From NCBI GenBank assembly GCA_005879535.1, contig VBKI01000093.1, positions 16,981-80,980 of the forward strand: a stretch of 64,000 nucleotides of DNA. The letters are read 5' to 3'. Made by a program: the position numbers and the translations under genes. The notes under the pieces were generated by a model. The model had not been told where the DNA came from, searched no databases, and saw only the letters and a list, made by a program, of their open reading frames with translations. This DNA is from Deltaproteobacteria bacterium (GTDB lineage Bacteria > Myxococcota > Myxococcia > Myxococcales > 40CM-4-68-19). Shown here piece by piece: positions 16,059 through 26,085 of the stretch; within the stretch, counting starts at the first letter, position 1, and each line of letters starts with the position of its first letter.

Positions 16059-17362
16059 TCCGGCGGAAGAAGCGGCTGGCGCACGATCAGCACGTCTTTC
16101 TGCTCTCGCTTGCTGCGGGCGCGCCGGCGGTGCTTGCCTGCGTGCTGCTCCTCCACCTCTACGTCGACGACGGCAAGGTCCGCTGGACCGTGGGCGCCGT
16201 CGCGGTCCTGGTCTGGCTCTTCACGTCGCTGGCTCTCCGCGAGCGCGTCTTGCGCCCGTTGCAGACCGCGGCGAACCTGCTCGCGGCGCTCCGCGAGGAG
16301 GATTTCTCCGTCCGCGGGCGCGGCGCCCGGGCTGGCGATCCCTTGGGCGAGCTGCTCCTCGAGATCAACCACCTCGCGGACACCTTGCACGCCCAGCGCG
16401 TGGGGTCGCTGGAAGCGGGCGCGCTCCTGCGGCGCGTGATGGACGAGATCGAGGTGGCGGTGCTCGCCTTCGACGGCCGCGGCCGGGCGGTGCTGGCGAA
16501 TCGCGCCGCCGGGAAGCTCCTCGGGATCCCTCTTTCCCTGCTCCTCGAGTCGGGTGGACTGGACGCGGGGCGGCTGCGACTGGAGGAAGCGCTCGCAGGG
16601 GAGTCGCCGCGAGTGATGGAGCTGAACCTTCCGGGCGCCAGCGGCCGCTTCGAAATGCGGCGCAGCACCTTCCGGATGGGAGGGTTGCCGCACCAGCTCC
16701 TCGTGCTCGCCGACCTGCGGCGCGCGCTGCGCGAGGAGGAGCGCCTCGCCTGGCAGCGTCTGGTCCGGGTGCTCGGCCACGAGATCAACAACTCGCTTGC
16801 ACCGATCCACAGCATCTCCAGCGGCCTGAAGGGTGCGGCACCCGAGGACGTGGAGGCGGGTCTGGCCGTGATCGAACGGCGCGCGGAAAGCCTGATGCGG
16901 TTCATGAGCGCGTACACCAGGCTGGCGCGCCTGCCTCCGCCGCAGCTCGCTCCGGTCGACGTCGAGGAGTGGATCAAGCGGGTGGCGGCCCTGGAGAAGC
17001 GGATCCCGGTGAGCGTTCGCGGTGGTCCACCGGCCTCGGTCCAGGCCGACGCCGATCAGCTCGAGCAGCTCCTGATCAATCTCATCCGCAATGCCGCCGA
17101 CGCGGCGCTGGAGACCGGGGGAGCCGTGGAGGTGAGCTGGAGCGTCGGCCAGCGACAGCTCGAGATCTCCGTGGTCGACGAAGGTCCCGGCCTCGTGAGC
17201 ACCGCCAATCTCTTCGTCCCCTTCTTCACCACCAAGGCGAACGGGTCCGGCATCGGCCTCGCTCTCTCGCGGCAGATCGCGGAAGCGCACCAGGGATCGC
17301 TCGCGCTCGAGAACCGCCGCGACCGCCGCGGTGCGCGCGCTCGCTTGCGCCTTCCGCTCTGA
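16055..17362 (+). CDS. sensor histidine kinase (2 TM-HAMP-PAS-like-HisKA-HATPase)
   Basis: GTG at 16055 forms a GTGA overlap with the regulator stop. H-box LGHEINNSLAPI, N-box LINLIRNAADA, G-boxes DEGPGL and GSGIGLALS. Only the last 435 aa of the 897-aa track ORF look real. Confidence 0.85.
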   Translation: MIRRKKRLAHDQHVFLLSLAAGAPAVLACVLLLHLYVDDGKVRWTVGAVAVLVWLFTSLALRERVLRPLQTAANLLAALREEDFSVRGRGARAGDPLGELLLEINHLADTLHAQRVGSLEAGALLRRVMDEIEVAVLAFDGRGRAVLANRAAGKLLGIPLSLLLESGGLDAGRLRLEEALAGESPRVMELNLPGASGRFEMRRSTFRMGGLPHQLLVLADLRRALREEERLAWQRLVRVLGHEINNSLAPIHSISSGLKGAAPEDVEAGLAVIERRAESLMRFMSAYTRLARLPPPQLAPVDVEEWIKRVAALEKRIPVSVRGGPPASVQADADQLEQLLINLIRNAADAALETGGAVEVSWSVGQRQLEISVVDEGPGLVSTANLFVPFFTTKANGSGIGLALSRQIAEAHQGSLALENRRDRRGARARLRLPL

Positions 17363-17460
17363 CGCGGCGTCGCCGCTGGAATACGCCCAACGTCGGACAG
17401 TCAAACGTACGGACCTTCCCCGCTGGCGGTCGTACCAAGGCCGCCTAGCTTTGGTGTTCC

Positions 17461-18882
17461 ATGCGCATCCATTTCCTTCCGGTCGCCGCTCTCGCTCTCT
17501 GTTCCTGCTTCCGCAATCCGGCAACGGGCAAGATGCAGCTCGATCTGTTGTCCGAGTCGCAGGAGGTGGAGCTCGGCAAGCAAGCCAAGCAGGAAGCCGA
17601 GCAGGCCTACGGCATCTACAAGGAGAAGCCGGAGCTCAATCAGTACATCGCAGACATCGGCAAGCGGCTCTCCGCGGAGAGCGGGAGAGCGAGCCTGCCC
17701 TGGTCGTACGAGATCGTCGACGACGCGAGCGTGAACGCATTCGCGCTGCCTGGCGGGCCCGTGTTCATCACGCGCGGCATCCTGGGGCATCTGAACACTG
17801 AAGCGGAGCTGGCGGCGGTGCTTGGTCACGAGACGGGTCACGTGGCGGCGCGGCATTCGGCCAACCAGATGAGCAAACAGCAGGTCGCGCAAATCGGACT
17901 CGGCATCGGATCGATCCTGTCTCCGGCGGTTGCCTCGGCCGCTGGGGCCGCGAGCGCGGGTCTGCAACTCCTCTTCCTCAAGTACTCGCGCGACGACGAG
18001 ACGCAGGCCGACGAGCTCGGCTTCCGCTACATGACGAAGGTCGGCTACGACCCGCGGCAGATGGTTCCACTGTTCGAGATGCTGGACGGCGTCTCGAAGG
18101 CAGCGGGCGCGGGCAAGACGCCGGAGTGGCTGCAGACGCACCCCGATCCGGGCAACCGGCTGGAGGCGACGCAGCAGCGGCTGAAGACGGAGCTGAAGGG
18201 TTCGCCCGAGGGGATGAAGGTCGAGCGCGACAAGTATCTGTCGATGATCGACGGAATTACTTTTGGCGAGGATCCGCGGCAGGGCTTCTTCAAGGGCGAC
18301 ACGTTCTACCACCCCGATCTGAAGTTCCAGTGGAAGCTCCCGTCGGGCTGGGCGCACCAGAACACGCCGCAGGCGGTGGCGGCGGCGAGCCCGAAGCAGG
18401 ACGCCATCCTCCAGCTCTCGCCGGCGGGAAAGATGTCGCCGGACGAGGCCGCACAGAAGCTGTTCTCGCAACAGGGGTTCAAGGCTGGTCAGCCCGTCAA
18501 CGTGAAAGGCGCGAAGCTGGCGCGCGCGTTCCAGGCGCAGACGCAGCAGGGCGCGATCGAAGGAGTGCTCGCCTTCTTCTCCTGGCAGGGGAACACGTAT
18601 CTGATGGCCGGGTACACTCCGCAGGGCGGCCTCTCCAACTACGCGAACACGTTCACGGACTCGATGGGCAGCTTCAGCGAGCTCACCGACTCCAGCGCTC
18701 TCTCGGTGAAGCCGGGAAAGCTGAAGCTGGTGAAGATCGATCGCCCGATGTCGGTGACCGAGTTCCAGTCCAGTCATCCCTCCACGGCGAAGCTGGAAGA
18801 GGTCGCGCTGATCAATGGCGTGCAGCAGGGAGGGCAGATCCCTGCCGGTTATGCGAAGCAAATCGTGGGGGGGACGCAGTAA
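17461..18882 (+). CDS. M48 family zinc metalloprotease (BepA/YfgC-like), probable lipoprotein
   Basis: Signal sequence MRIHFLPVAALALCSC. HExxH motif in LGHETGHVAARH. Downstream E in DDETQADE. Confidence 0.9.
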   Translation: MRIHFLPVAALALCSCFRNPATGKMQLDLLSESQEVELGKQAKQEAEQAYGIYKEKPELNQYIADIGKRLSAESGRASLPWSYEIVDDASVNAFALPGGPVFITRGILGHLNTEAELAAVLGHETGHVAARHSANQMSKQQVAQIGLGIGSILSPAVASAAGAASAGLQLLFLKYSRDDETQADELGFRYMTKVGYDPRQMVPLFEMLDGVSKAAGAGKTPEWLQTHPDPGNRLEATQQRLKTELKGSPEGMKVERDKYLSMIDGITFGEDPRQGFFKGDTFYHPDLKFQWKLPSGWAHQNTPQAVAAASPKQDAILQLSPAGKMSPDEAAQKLFSQQGFKAGQPVNVKGAKLARAFQAQTQQGAIEGVLAFFSWQGNTYLMAGYTPQGGLSNYANTFTDSMGSFSELTDSSALSVKPGKLKLVKIDRPMSVTEFQSSHPSTAKLEEVALINGVQQGGQIPAGYAKQIVGGTQ

Positions 18883-18887
18883 GGCAG

Positions 18888-21338
18888 CTACAGGCTGAGC
18901 TGCTCGAGCGGGACCGGACGGGAGAAGAAATACCCCTGGGCGCGCTCGCATCCGAGCCGCCGCAGGAGCTCCGCCTGCTGCAGGGTTTCCACGCCTTCCG
19001 CCACGACGTCGATCCCCAGGCTCTTTCCCAGCACGAGGATGCTCTGGACGATCTTGATCTTGCGCTCGTCGTCTCCCATGGCGCCGACGAAGGAACGGTC
19101 GATCTTGAGAGAGTCGATGGGCAGCTCGTGCAGGTAGCTGAGCGACGAATACCCGGTTCCGAAGTCATCGATGCACAGGCGCACGCCGGTGGCCCGCAGG
19201 TGCGTGAGCGCCGCCCGTGCCGCCGCGCCGTTTCCGATCAGCATGCTCTCCGTCAACTCGAGGCGAAGGCGCGACGGCTCGATCCGGCGGCGCGAGAGCA
19301 TCTCCTTCAGCTCGGCGCAGAACTCCGGCTGGAGCAGCTGCCGGCCGGAAAGGTTCACCGAGAGTGAGATGCGCTCGGGCAGGGCCGCCAGCGCCCGGCA
19401 AGCCTCGTCCAACACCCAGCGCCCGAGCGGTACCACCAGGCCGGTCTCTTCGGCGAGCGGGATGAACTCGCTCGGCGGCACCAGTCCACGCTCCCGATGC
19501 TCCCAGCGCACCAGCGCCTCCACTCCCAGCGTCCGGCCGTTGGCGAGCTCGACGATGGGCTGGTAGTGGACGCGCATCTCGCCGCGCTCGAGAGCGCGGC
19601 GCAGCTCGTTCTCGATGCGCAGCTGTGCCATCGCCCGCTCGTGCATGGAGGAGTCGAACACGGCGTGCCGCGAGCCGCGCACCTTCGCCCGGTACATCGC
19701 GGTGTCGGCGTCGCGCAACAGATGCTCAACGCGCTCGGTCACGGGACCGCCCAGCGCGATACCGATGGAGGCTCCGGCGAACACCTCGTGTCCCTCGATG
19801 AGATAGGGCGGCGCCAGTGCGCGGTGAACCCGCTCGGAGACCGCGATCGCCTCCTCGTCGGTCGAGACGCCCTCGACCAGCAGGGTGAATTCGTCGCCCC
19901 CGAGCCGCGCCACGGTGTCGCCGGCGCGGCGGCAGCTCTCCAGCCGGCGCGCGATCTGGACGAGCAGTTCGTCGCCCGCGCGATGCCCGAGGCTGTCGTT
20001 CACCAGCTTGAACCGGTCCAGGTCGAGGAACAGCACCGCGAAGTGCGCCGCCTCGCGTCCCTTCGCCCGTGCGAACGCCACCTCGAGGCGGTCCTTGAAG
20101 AGAGCGCGGTTCGGCAAGCCGGTGAGCGGGTCGTAGAAGGCCGCCTGCAGCAGTCGGGCCTGCGCCTTGCGGCGCGCGGTCACGTCCGATGCCGCGACCA
20201 GGAGCGCGCGGTGACCCTCGAAGACGACCTCGTGAACCGAGAGCTCCAGGTCGTGGGCTTCTCCCGATGCCGTGCGATGCCGCTCGACCGCCGGCGATCC
20301 CGCGCGCTGCTCCGCGCCAGCACCGGGGTCCAGGCGGAGATCGGCGGAGCGCAGCGTCAGGAACTTCTCGCGCGGCCAGCCGTAATGCCGCACCGCCGCT
20401 TCGTTCACGGCGAGGAACGCGCCACTCTCCGCGTCCTCGACCCACATCGGCTGCGGATTGTTCTCGAAGAGGATCCGGTAGCGCTCCTCGGAAGCGCGGA
20501 GCGCATCGAGCACGCGCACCCGCTGGGTGACCTCGCGCGTGAGAAGCAGCGAGGCGGGGGCCCCGTGGTACTGCACCGGGCTGGCGCTGACCTCGAGGAC
20601 GATGTCCACGTTCCCGCGGCGCAGCACGGTTTCGAAACGGCGGGCGCGCTCGATGGCGGCACGGCCGACGCCGGCATCCGACCAGAGCCCGTGAACGGAG
20701 CTGCCCAGCATGCGATCGCGGGGGACGCCGTACAGATCGCTCGCGCGCGGATTGGCGTCTTGGATGATCCCGGTGCGCGGGTCGACGACGATCAATGCTT
20801 CCGACACGCTCTCGAAAAGATCCCGGTAGCCTCGTTCCACCTTGCGCAGCATTCCCTCCGCGGGTTTTTGCTCGATGACGCGCCCCAATTCCGCGCAGGC
20901 ACGGGTGACTCCCGACAGCAGCGCATCGTCGGGTGGCTCCGAGGCCGCCGAGAAGAATTCGACTGCCGCCACCGTCCGCTGATGGGCGACGGCGGGAAAA
21001 GCGAAGACCGCCCCCGCGCCATCCTCGGCATCGGGGCGCCACTGCGGAGCGCCGTCGCGCAGCACCTGTCCGGCGAGGCCCGATCCGCGCGTGCGCCGCC
21101 GCCGCTCCGCCACCGGCCTCAGGCTGGAAAGGCGCTCGGGCTGATCGAGGTGCCAGACGCTGCGCGGCGGCTCGTCGGCAGGGTCCACGAACTCGACCCG
21201 ACCCGCCTGCCAACCCGTGGCCGCACAGATCCGTTGCAGCGCCGCGCGAAGGGCGTCTTCTCTGCTACCCGCGCGCTGTGCTGCTTCACGGATCGACCGC
21301 AGGAGCTGCGGTTCGCGAGCCTTTGGGGGAGGCTGCAC
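18888..21338 (-). CDS. GAF-PAS-PAS-GGDEF-EAL signalling protein (c-di-GMP turnover)
   Basis: RLGGDEFTLLV (GGDEF), GVEALVRW (EAL) and DDFGTGYSS motifs. N-terminal GAF-like and PAS segments. Confidence 0.9.
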   Translation of the reverse strand: MQPPPKAREPQLLRSIREAAQRAGSREDALRAALQRICAATGWQAGRVEFVDPADEPPRSVWHLDQPERLSSLRPVAERRRRTRGSGLAGQVLRDGAPQWRPDAEDGAGAVFAFPAVAHQRTVAAVEFFSAASEPPDDALLSGVTRACAELGRVIEQKPAEGMLRKVERGYRDLFESVSEALIVVDPRTGIIQDANPRASDLYGVPRDRMLGSSVHGLWSDAGVGRAAIERARRFETVLRRGNVDIVLEVSASPVQYHGAPASLLLTREVTQRVRVLDALRASEERYRILFENNPQPMWVEDAESGAFLAVNEAAVRHYGWPREKFLTLRSADLRLDPGAGAEQRAGSPAVERHRTASGEAHDLELSVHEVVFEGHRALLVAASDVTARRKAQARLLQAAFYDPLTGLPNRALFKDRLEVAFARAKGREAAHFAVLFLDLDRFKLVNDSLGHRAGDELLVQIARRLESCRRAGDTVARLGGDEFTLLVEGVSTDEEAIAVSERVHRALAPPYLIEGHEVFAGASIGIALGGPVTERVEHLLRDADTAMYRAKVRGSRHAVFDSSMHERAMAQLRIENELRRALERGEMRVHYQPIVELANGRTLGVEALVRWEHRERGLVPPSEFIPLAEETGLVVPLGRWVLDEACRALAALPERISLSVNLSGRQLLQPEFCAELKEMLSRRRIEPSRLRLELTESMLIGNGAAARAALTHLRATGVRLCIDDFGTGYSSLSYLHELPIDSLKIDRSFVGAMGDDERKIKIVQSILVLGKSLGIDVVAEGVETLQQAELLRRLGCERAQGYFFSRPVPLEQLSL

Positions 21339-21492
21339 CGGCGGAAGTTACGCACTGGTATGGGGTGGGCGGAAAGGGGCAGCGGGTGGTTCAGGCTGGG
21401 ACGTTCTCCGCCGGCAGCGCACCCACGCGCCGCAGGAGGGTCGCGCCGGACGTGATTCCGAGCCTGTTGCCAACCGTTCGACTTCATGAACG

Positions 21493-22011
21493 ATGATTTG
21501 GGTCACCTCCATACCGGCACGCACTGGAGACCGCCATGAAGGCATCCCTGCTCGTCGCTACGCGCTCATCGATTACACGCTCCATGCGAACCAGCTCGGC
21601 CAGACCGGCACGATCCGTGTCGAGAAGGACCAAGTCTCCTTCGAGCGACTGGAAGGCACGAACCGACGCACCCGCATTGAGCGCCAGGAAGGTACCATCG
21701 GCTTTCAACTCCAGGCTGTCGAGGCGCAACCGGGACAGACGCGAATCCGGATGAAGCCCTCCAGCTTCCTCGTGGGGATGCTGGTCGACCCCGTGTACTT
21801 CACGTTCGAGAGCGGTACCGGGAAGCTCGTCCGCCTGGAAGGCCGGGTCCCGCCCAAGGTCCGCGCCGGCAAAGGGTGGCGCGACTTTGATGCGCGCGTC
21901 GAGTACCGCTACGTCGCGGGCGAGTACAAGTACCTTGCGAAGGCCGCCGGCGCCGGCCGCCTGCCTCCCCGCATCCTTGGCGGGCTGGCCGCAAATCCGG
22001 GCCCACCGTAG
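21493..22011 (+). CDS. hypothetical protein (possibly a 5'-truncated gene)
   Basis: Codon usage is consistent with coding, and beta-rich segments look plausible (FLVGMLVDPVYFTFESGTGKLVRLEGRV...). There is no signal peptide or recognisable N-terminus, and an in-frame stop sits just upstream at 21487. Confidence 0.3.
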   Translation: MIWVTSIPARTGDRHEGIPARRYALIDYTLHANQLGQTGTIRVEKDQVSFERLEGTNRRTRIERQEGTIGFQLQAVEAQPGQTRIRMKPSSFLVGMLVDPVYFTFESGTGKLVRLEGRVPPKVRAGKGWRDFDARVEYRYVAGEYKYLAKAAGAGRLPPRILGGLAANPGPP

Positions 22012-22020
22012 GTTTCGACC

Positions 22021-22317
22021 ATGGCAAGAGGAATCGGAGAGGATCCGAGGCGCAGCCCCGCGGCGCAACTTGCGCAGGTGGAATATCCGGTCACGCGCGA
22101 GGACCTGGTGGAGACCGCCGAGGACAACGAGGCGCCGGTCGAGGTGATCAACTTCTTCAAGGCGCTGCCGAAGGAACGCTACGGCTCGGCGGAAGAGGTG
22201 CTGCGCGACTTCGCCGAGGCCGAGCGGCGCTTTGCGCTGGGGAACGCTCCTGACGATCGCGGTCGGCGCGACAACATCGGCAAGGTCGCCGCGGAGGATC
22301 AGTCCAAACACCCGTGA
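22021..22317 (+). CDS. DUF2795 domain protein
   Basis: The pattern LAQVEYPVTREDLVETAEDNEAPVEVINFFKALPKERYGSAEEV matches the DUF2795 pattern as I recall it (L..v.yPa.k.dLv..A...ga...v...l..lp...Y.s..ev). Confidence 0.65.
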   Translation: MARGIGEDPRRSPAAQLAQVEYPVTREDLVETAEDNEAPVEVINFFKALPKERYGSAEEVLRDFAEAERRFALGNAPDDRGRRDNIGKVAAEDQSKHP

Positions 22318-22338
22318 CGCCGGCCGCCGGCGCGAAGC

Positions 22339-22755
22339 TCACTCGGGCATTTCATGCTCGAGCAGACCTTCCGGCTGCGAGCGCTCCGTCCCGAACGGCG
22401 CTCCCGCCGGCGTGGCCGGGCGGAACCGCGTGGCCACGTCCGCCACAGTGAAGAAGAGGAGCAGGGCGACGAAGACCAGCGAGGTGACGAAAACCAGGCG
22501 CGTCATGCCCGACGAGTCTTTCAGGTGCATGAAGATGAGCGCCACCAGCACGCTCTTGGTGCAGGCGATGGCCAGCGCGATGAACAGCGCCCAGGTGCCG
22601 AGGTGCTGCTTGCCGGTGAACCAGGTCAGGAAGGTGAAGAACACCAATGCGATCCAGACGGCGATGTACCAGATCGCCGATAGCTCGTGCTCCTCGTGAA
22701 GATCCCCGGGATGGAGCGCCACCCCGGCCCGTCCGCTCGGTCCACTCTCGCTCAC
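22339..22755 (-). CDS. ctaF: cytochrome c oxidase subunit IV (prokaryotic COX4 family)
   Basis: Three TM helices. The COX4_pro-like core WYIAVWIALVFFTFLTW...ACTKSVLVALIFMHLK is present. Last gene of the oxidase operon. Confidence 0.75.
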   Translation of the reverse strand: MSESGPSGRAGVALHPGDLHEEHELSAIWYIAVWIALVFFTFLTWFTGKQHLGTWALFIALAIACTKSVLVALIFMHLKDSSGMTRLVFVTSLVFVALLLFFTVADVATRFRPATPAGAPFGTERSQPEGLLEHEMPE

Positions 22756-22765
22756 GCGCAGCTCC

Positions 22766-23416
22766 TCAGATCAGGTACAGCAGCGGGTAGAGGAAAATCC
22801 AGATCAGGTCGACGAGGTGCCAGTAGAGGCCGCCGAGCTCGAGCCCCGTGTAGTACTTCGAACTGTAACGGCCCTGGACGGTGCGCCAGAGGATCCAGGC
22901 GAGCACGCTCATCCCGATCACGACGTGCAGTCCGTGCAGCCCCGTCATCAGGAAGTAGAGCGAGTAGAACATCGCCGCGCCGGGCACCTTCACTGCCTCG
23001 AAGGCGTAGTACTTCCCGGGCAGCGCGCGCTCGTGGAAGTGTTCGGTGTACTCGATGGCCTTGATGCCGAGGAACCCGAGGGCGAAGAGGATGGTGAGGA
23101 CGAGGCAGATCACCGCGGCGCGCTGCCGGTTGGTGCGCGCGAAGTGGATGGCGAGCGCGACGGTAAGGCTGGAGGTAATCAGCACCAGCGTGTTCACCGT
23201 TCCGGCGGTGAGATTCAGGTGCCGGCTGCACTCGGCGAACGCGAGCTGGAACTGGAAGCGGTACACCGCGTAGCCGCAGAAGAGCCCGCCGAAGAGCAGG
23301 ATCTCGGTGGCGAGGAAGAGCCACATTCCCAGGCGCATCGCCTCGTTCTGGCGGGCGAGCGAGGAGAAGTGGTGGCCGAGAATCCCTTCCGGCAGGCCGG
23401 CAACTTCATGCGACAC
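22766..23416 (-). CDS. ctaE: cytochrome c oxidase subunit III
   Basis: Heme-copper oxidase subunit III similarity (LFLATEILLFGGLF..., YWHLVDLIWIFLYPLLY). Confidence 0.9.
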   Translation of the reverse strand: MSHEVAGLPEGILGHHFSSLARQNEAMRLGMWLFLATEILLFGGLFCGYAVYRFQFQLAFAECSRHLNLTAGTVNTLVLITSSLTVALAIHFARTNRQRAAVICLVLTILFALGFLGIKAIEYTEHFHERALPGKYYAFEAVKVPGAAMFYSLYFLMTGLHGLHVVIGMSVLAWILWRTVQGRYSSKYYTGLELGGLYWHLVDLIWIFLYPLLYLI

Positions 23417-25055
23417 TGATCACCCCCGGCGGCTCATGCGTGCGGTAGTCGTGCGGCATCTGGGTGATGGTCGGGATCTGATCGAAGTTGTGCGTCGGCG
23501 GCGGCGATGCCGTCATCCATTCGAATCCCTTGCTGCCCCAGGGATTGGACTCGGAGCGCTGCCCGTACCTGAGCGCGATGGCGAGGTAGATGACGATGAT
23601 GACGAATCCGAACCCGAGCAGCGTCGCGCCGGCGGTGGAAGCGACATTCAGCGCCTGGAAATGCTCCGGGTACTGGTAGTACCGGCGGGGCATCCCGTAG
23701 TTGCCGAGCAGGAACTGCGGGATGAAGGTGGCGTTGAATCCGAGGATGATGAGCGAGGCCGCAACCAGGCCCCACCCCTCGTGGTAGACGCGGCCGAACA
23801 TCTTCGGGAACCAGTAGTGGAGCGCCGCGAGGAAGGCCATCACCGACGCGCCCACCATGATGAAGTGGAAGTGCGCGATGATGAAGTAGGTGTCGTGCCA
23901 GTGGATGTCCAGCGACGTCGTGGCCAGCGCGACGCCGGTCATGCCGCCGAAGACGAGGAAGTAGAGGAAGCCGCAGATGTACGCGAAGGGCGTCCGGAAG
24001 GTGATGGCGCCGCGGTACATCGTCCCCACCCAGTTGAAGACCTTGATGGCCGTGAAGATGCCGACGAACATCGAGAGCAGCCCGAAGGCGCCGCCCACGA
24101 ACGTGCTCTGCCCGGCCACGAACAAGTGGTGTCCCCAGGTGAAGAACCCGACGAAGGCGATCCCAATGGAGCTGAAGGCGATGGCCCGGTAGCCGAACGC
24201 GTTCTTGCGCGAGAAGGCGCAGACGCACTCGGAGATCACGCCCATCGCCGGCAGGATCATGATGTAGACGGCCGGGTGCGAGTAGAACCAGAACATGTGC
24301 TGGAAGAGCACCGGGTCGCCGCCGCGCGCCGGATCGAAGAGGCCGAATCCGCCGATGCGCTCGACGGTGACGATCAGCAGCGTGATCCCGAGCACCGGCG
24401 TGGCGAGGATCTGGATGATGCTGGTCGCGTACGTGCTCCAGACGAAGAGCGGCAGCTTCATCCAGTTCAGCCCCGGCGCGCGCAGGGTGTGCACGGTAAC
24501 GATGAAGTTGACGCCAGTGAGGATGGAGCTGAATCCGACGATGAACGCGCCGAGGAGGATCGGCGCCACCTGTGTGGGCGAGGTGCTCGAGTAGGGCGTG
24601 TAGAACGTCCAGCCCGTGTCCGCGCCCCCGTGCACCATCCCCCACAGCGCTACCGCCGCTCCGATCAGATACAGGTAGTAGGAGAAGAGATTGAGCCGGG
24701 GGAAGGCGACGTCTCGCGCGCCGATCATCAGCGGGAGCACGAAGTTCCCGAATGCGCTGGGGATGGAGGGGATGAGGAAGAGGAAGATCATCACCACGCC
24801 GTGAAGCGTGAACATGCGGTTGTAGCTGATGGCATCGACGAAGAACGGGCCAGGCTGGAGCAGCTTGAAGCGCAAAAGCAGCGCGAAGATCCCCCCGACG
24901 AAGAAGAAGAAGATCACCGACGCCAGGAACATCACCCCCACGCGCTTGTGATCGCGCGTGTTCAGCCACGACAGCACGGTGGTGCCGTCCTCCAGGTATG
25001 TCGGCGCGGGCGGCGCGCCGGCCAGCGCCTGGCTATCGGCCTCGGATAGGCGCAT
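23406..25055 (-). CDS. ctaD: cytochrome c oxidase subunit I
   Basis: Canonical subunit I motifs: GGGDPVLFQHMFWFYSHPAVY and HHLFV..., with 12 TM helices. Confidence 0.95.
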   Translation of the reverse strand: MRLSEADSQALAGAPPAPTYLEDGTTVLSWLNTRDHKRVGVMFLASVIFFFFVGGIFALLLRFKLLQPGPFFVDAISYNRMFTLHGVVMIFLFLIPSIPSAFGNFVLPLMIGARDVAFPRLNLFSYYLYLIGAAVALWGMVHGGADTGWTFYTPYSSTSPTQVAPILLGAFIVGFSSILTGVNFIVTVHTLRAPGLNWMKLPLFVWSTYATSIIQILATPVLGITLLIVTVERIGGFGLFDPARGGDPVLFQHMFWFYSHPAVYIMILPAMGVISECVCAFSRKNAFGYRAIAFSSIGIAFVGFFTWGHHLFVAGQSTFVGGAFGLLSMFVGIFTAIKVFNWVGTMYRGAITFRTPFAYICGFLYFLVFGGMTGVALATTSLDIHWHDTYFIIAHFHFIMVGASVMAFLAALHYWFPKMFGRVYHEGWGLVAASLIILGFNATFIPQFLLGNYGMPRRYYQYPEHFQALNVASTAGATLLGFGFVIIVIYLAIALRYGQRSESNPWGSKGFEWMTASPPPTHNFDQIPTITQMPHDYRTHEPPGVISVA

Positions 25056-26085
25056 AGGCGGGTCCTTCCGACGGTCCGGTGCGGACCGCGTCGCTCTGCA
25101 GCGACTTGATGTATTCGACGAGCGCAGCCACCTCGGGCCCGGCGAGCTTCCCCTGGAAGCTGGGCATTACCGGCTGGAAGCCCTCCACGACCTTGAGCGC
25201 GGGATCCATCATCGATTCGGTGAGATAAGCCTCGTCGGCTTCCACCGTCTTGCCGTCGGTCAGCTTCTCGCGGCGGTGGTAGAGGTCGAGCCAGGTGGGC
25301 CCGATGTGCCGGGTGCCGTCCGTGGAGTGGCACTTGACGCAGCCCTGCTCGGCCGCGATCCGCCGCCCCTGATCGACCATGTTCCCCAGCGGCGGCGCGA
25401 AGTCGAGCGCCGTCGGCTGGCCATCCTGGGTGGCGACCACCCCGCGGTGCTGGAAAGCGAGCCAGTCCTCGAAGTCCTGGGCCTTGAGGACGATGACCTC
25501 GCCGCGCATGATCGAATGACCGGCGCCGCAGTACTCGGCGCAGAGGATCTGGTACCGCCCGGGCGTGGTGGCATTGAACCAGGTCTGCGTGTACCGGCCC
25601 GGCAAGACGTCCTGCTTGATGCGGAATTCCGGCACGTAGAACGAGTGGATGACGTCGCGGGAAGTCATCAGCAGGCGGACGTTGCGTCCCGCCGGGACCC
25701 GCAGGACGTTGATCGCGTTGGGGCCGTCCGGATAGGCGAACTTCCACATCCACTTCTTGCCCATCACGTAGACGTCCATCGAGTCGGCGGGTGGCGTCTG
25801 CTGGCGCACGAACTCGCGGTATCCGAGGAAGAACCAGAGGGTGAAGAAGCTGAGCGGAACGCCGATGAAGAGCGCCTCCATCCACATCGGCGGCTCGATG
25901 TGCGGGGTGGTCTGCGTCTCGGAGCGGCGGCGGTAGCGGATGAAGAAGAGGATGGTGGTGAGGCCCACCGCCGTGGACATCACGAAGGTGGTGAGGATGA
26001 CGAAGTAGTGCAGCCGGTCGACGTCGCGGGCGAACGTCGACGCCTGATCGGGCAGGAAGAGCAGCTTGCGCAGGACCTCGTTCAT
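25033..26085 (-). CDS. ctaC: cytochrome c oxidase subunit II with C-terminal cytochrome c domain (caa3-type)
   Basis: CuA site CAEYCGAGHSIM. C-terminal heme c motif CVKCHS. The ATG at 26085 forms an ATGA overlap with the SCO stop. Confidence 0.9.
   Translation of the reverse strand: MNEVLRKLLFLPDQASTFARDVDRLHYFVILTTFVMSTAVGLTTILFFIRYRRRSETQTTPHIEPPMWMEALFIGVPLSFFTLWFFLGYREFVRQQTPPADSMDVYVMGKKWMWKFAYPDGPNAINVLRVPAGRNVRLLMTSRDVIHSFYVPEFRIKQDVLPGRYTQTWFNATTPGRYQILCAEYCGAGHSIMRGEVIVLKAQDFEDWLAFQHRGVVATQDGQPTALDFAPPLGNMVDQGRRIAAEQGCVKCHSTDGTRHIGPTWLDLYHRREKLTDGKTVEADEAYLTESMMDPALKVVEGFQPVMPSFQGKLAGPEVAALVEYIKSLQSDAVRTGPSEGPAYAPIRGR

Noticed and set aside
18880-18890. Convergent M48 protease and GGDEF-EAL genes whose stop codons are only 5 nt apart, with no hairpin
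   Set aside because: Unusually tight, but tight convergent spacing is not rare in compact GC-rich genomes, and no additional structure is visible here.
22318-22338. GC-rich quasi-palindrome (CGCCGGCCGCCGGCG) between DUF2795 and ctaF as a terminator
   Set aside because: The stem is short and self-overlapping with essentially no loop, so it is not convincing as a hairpin.
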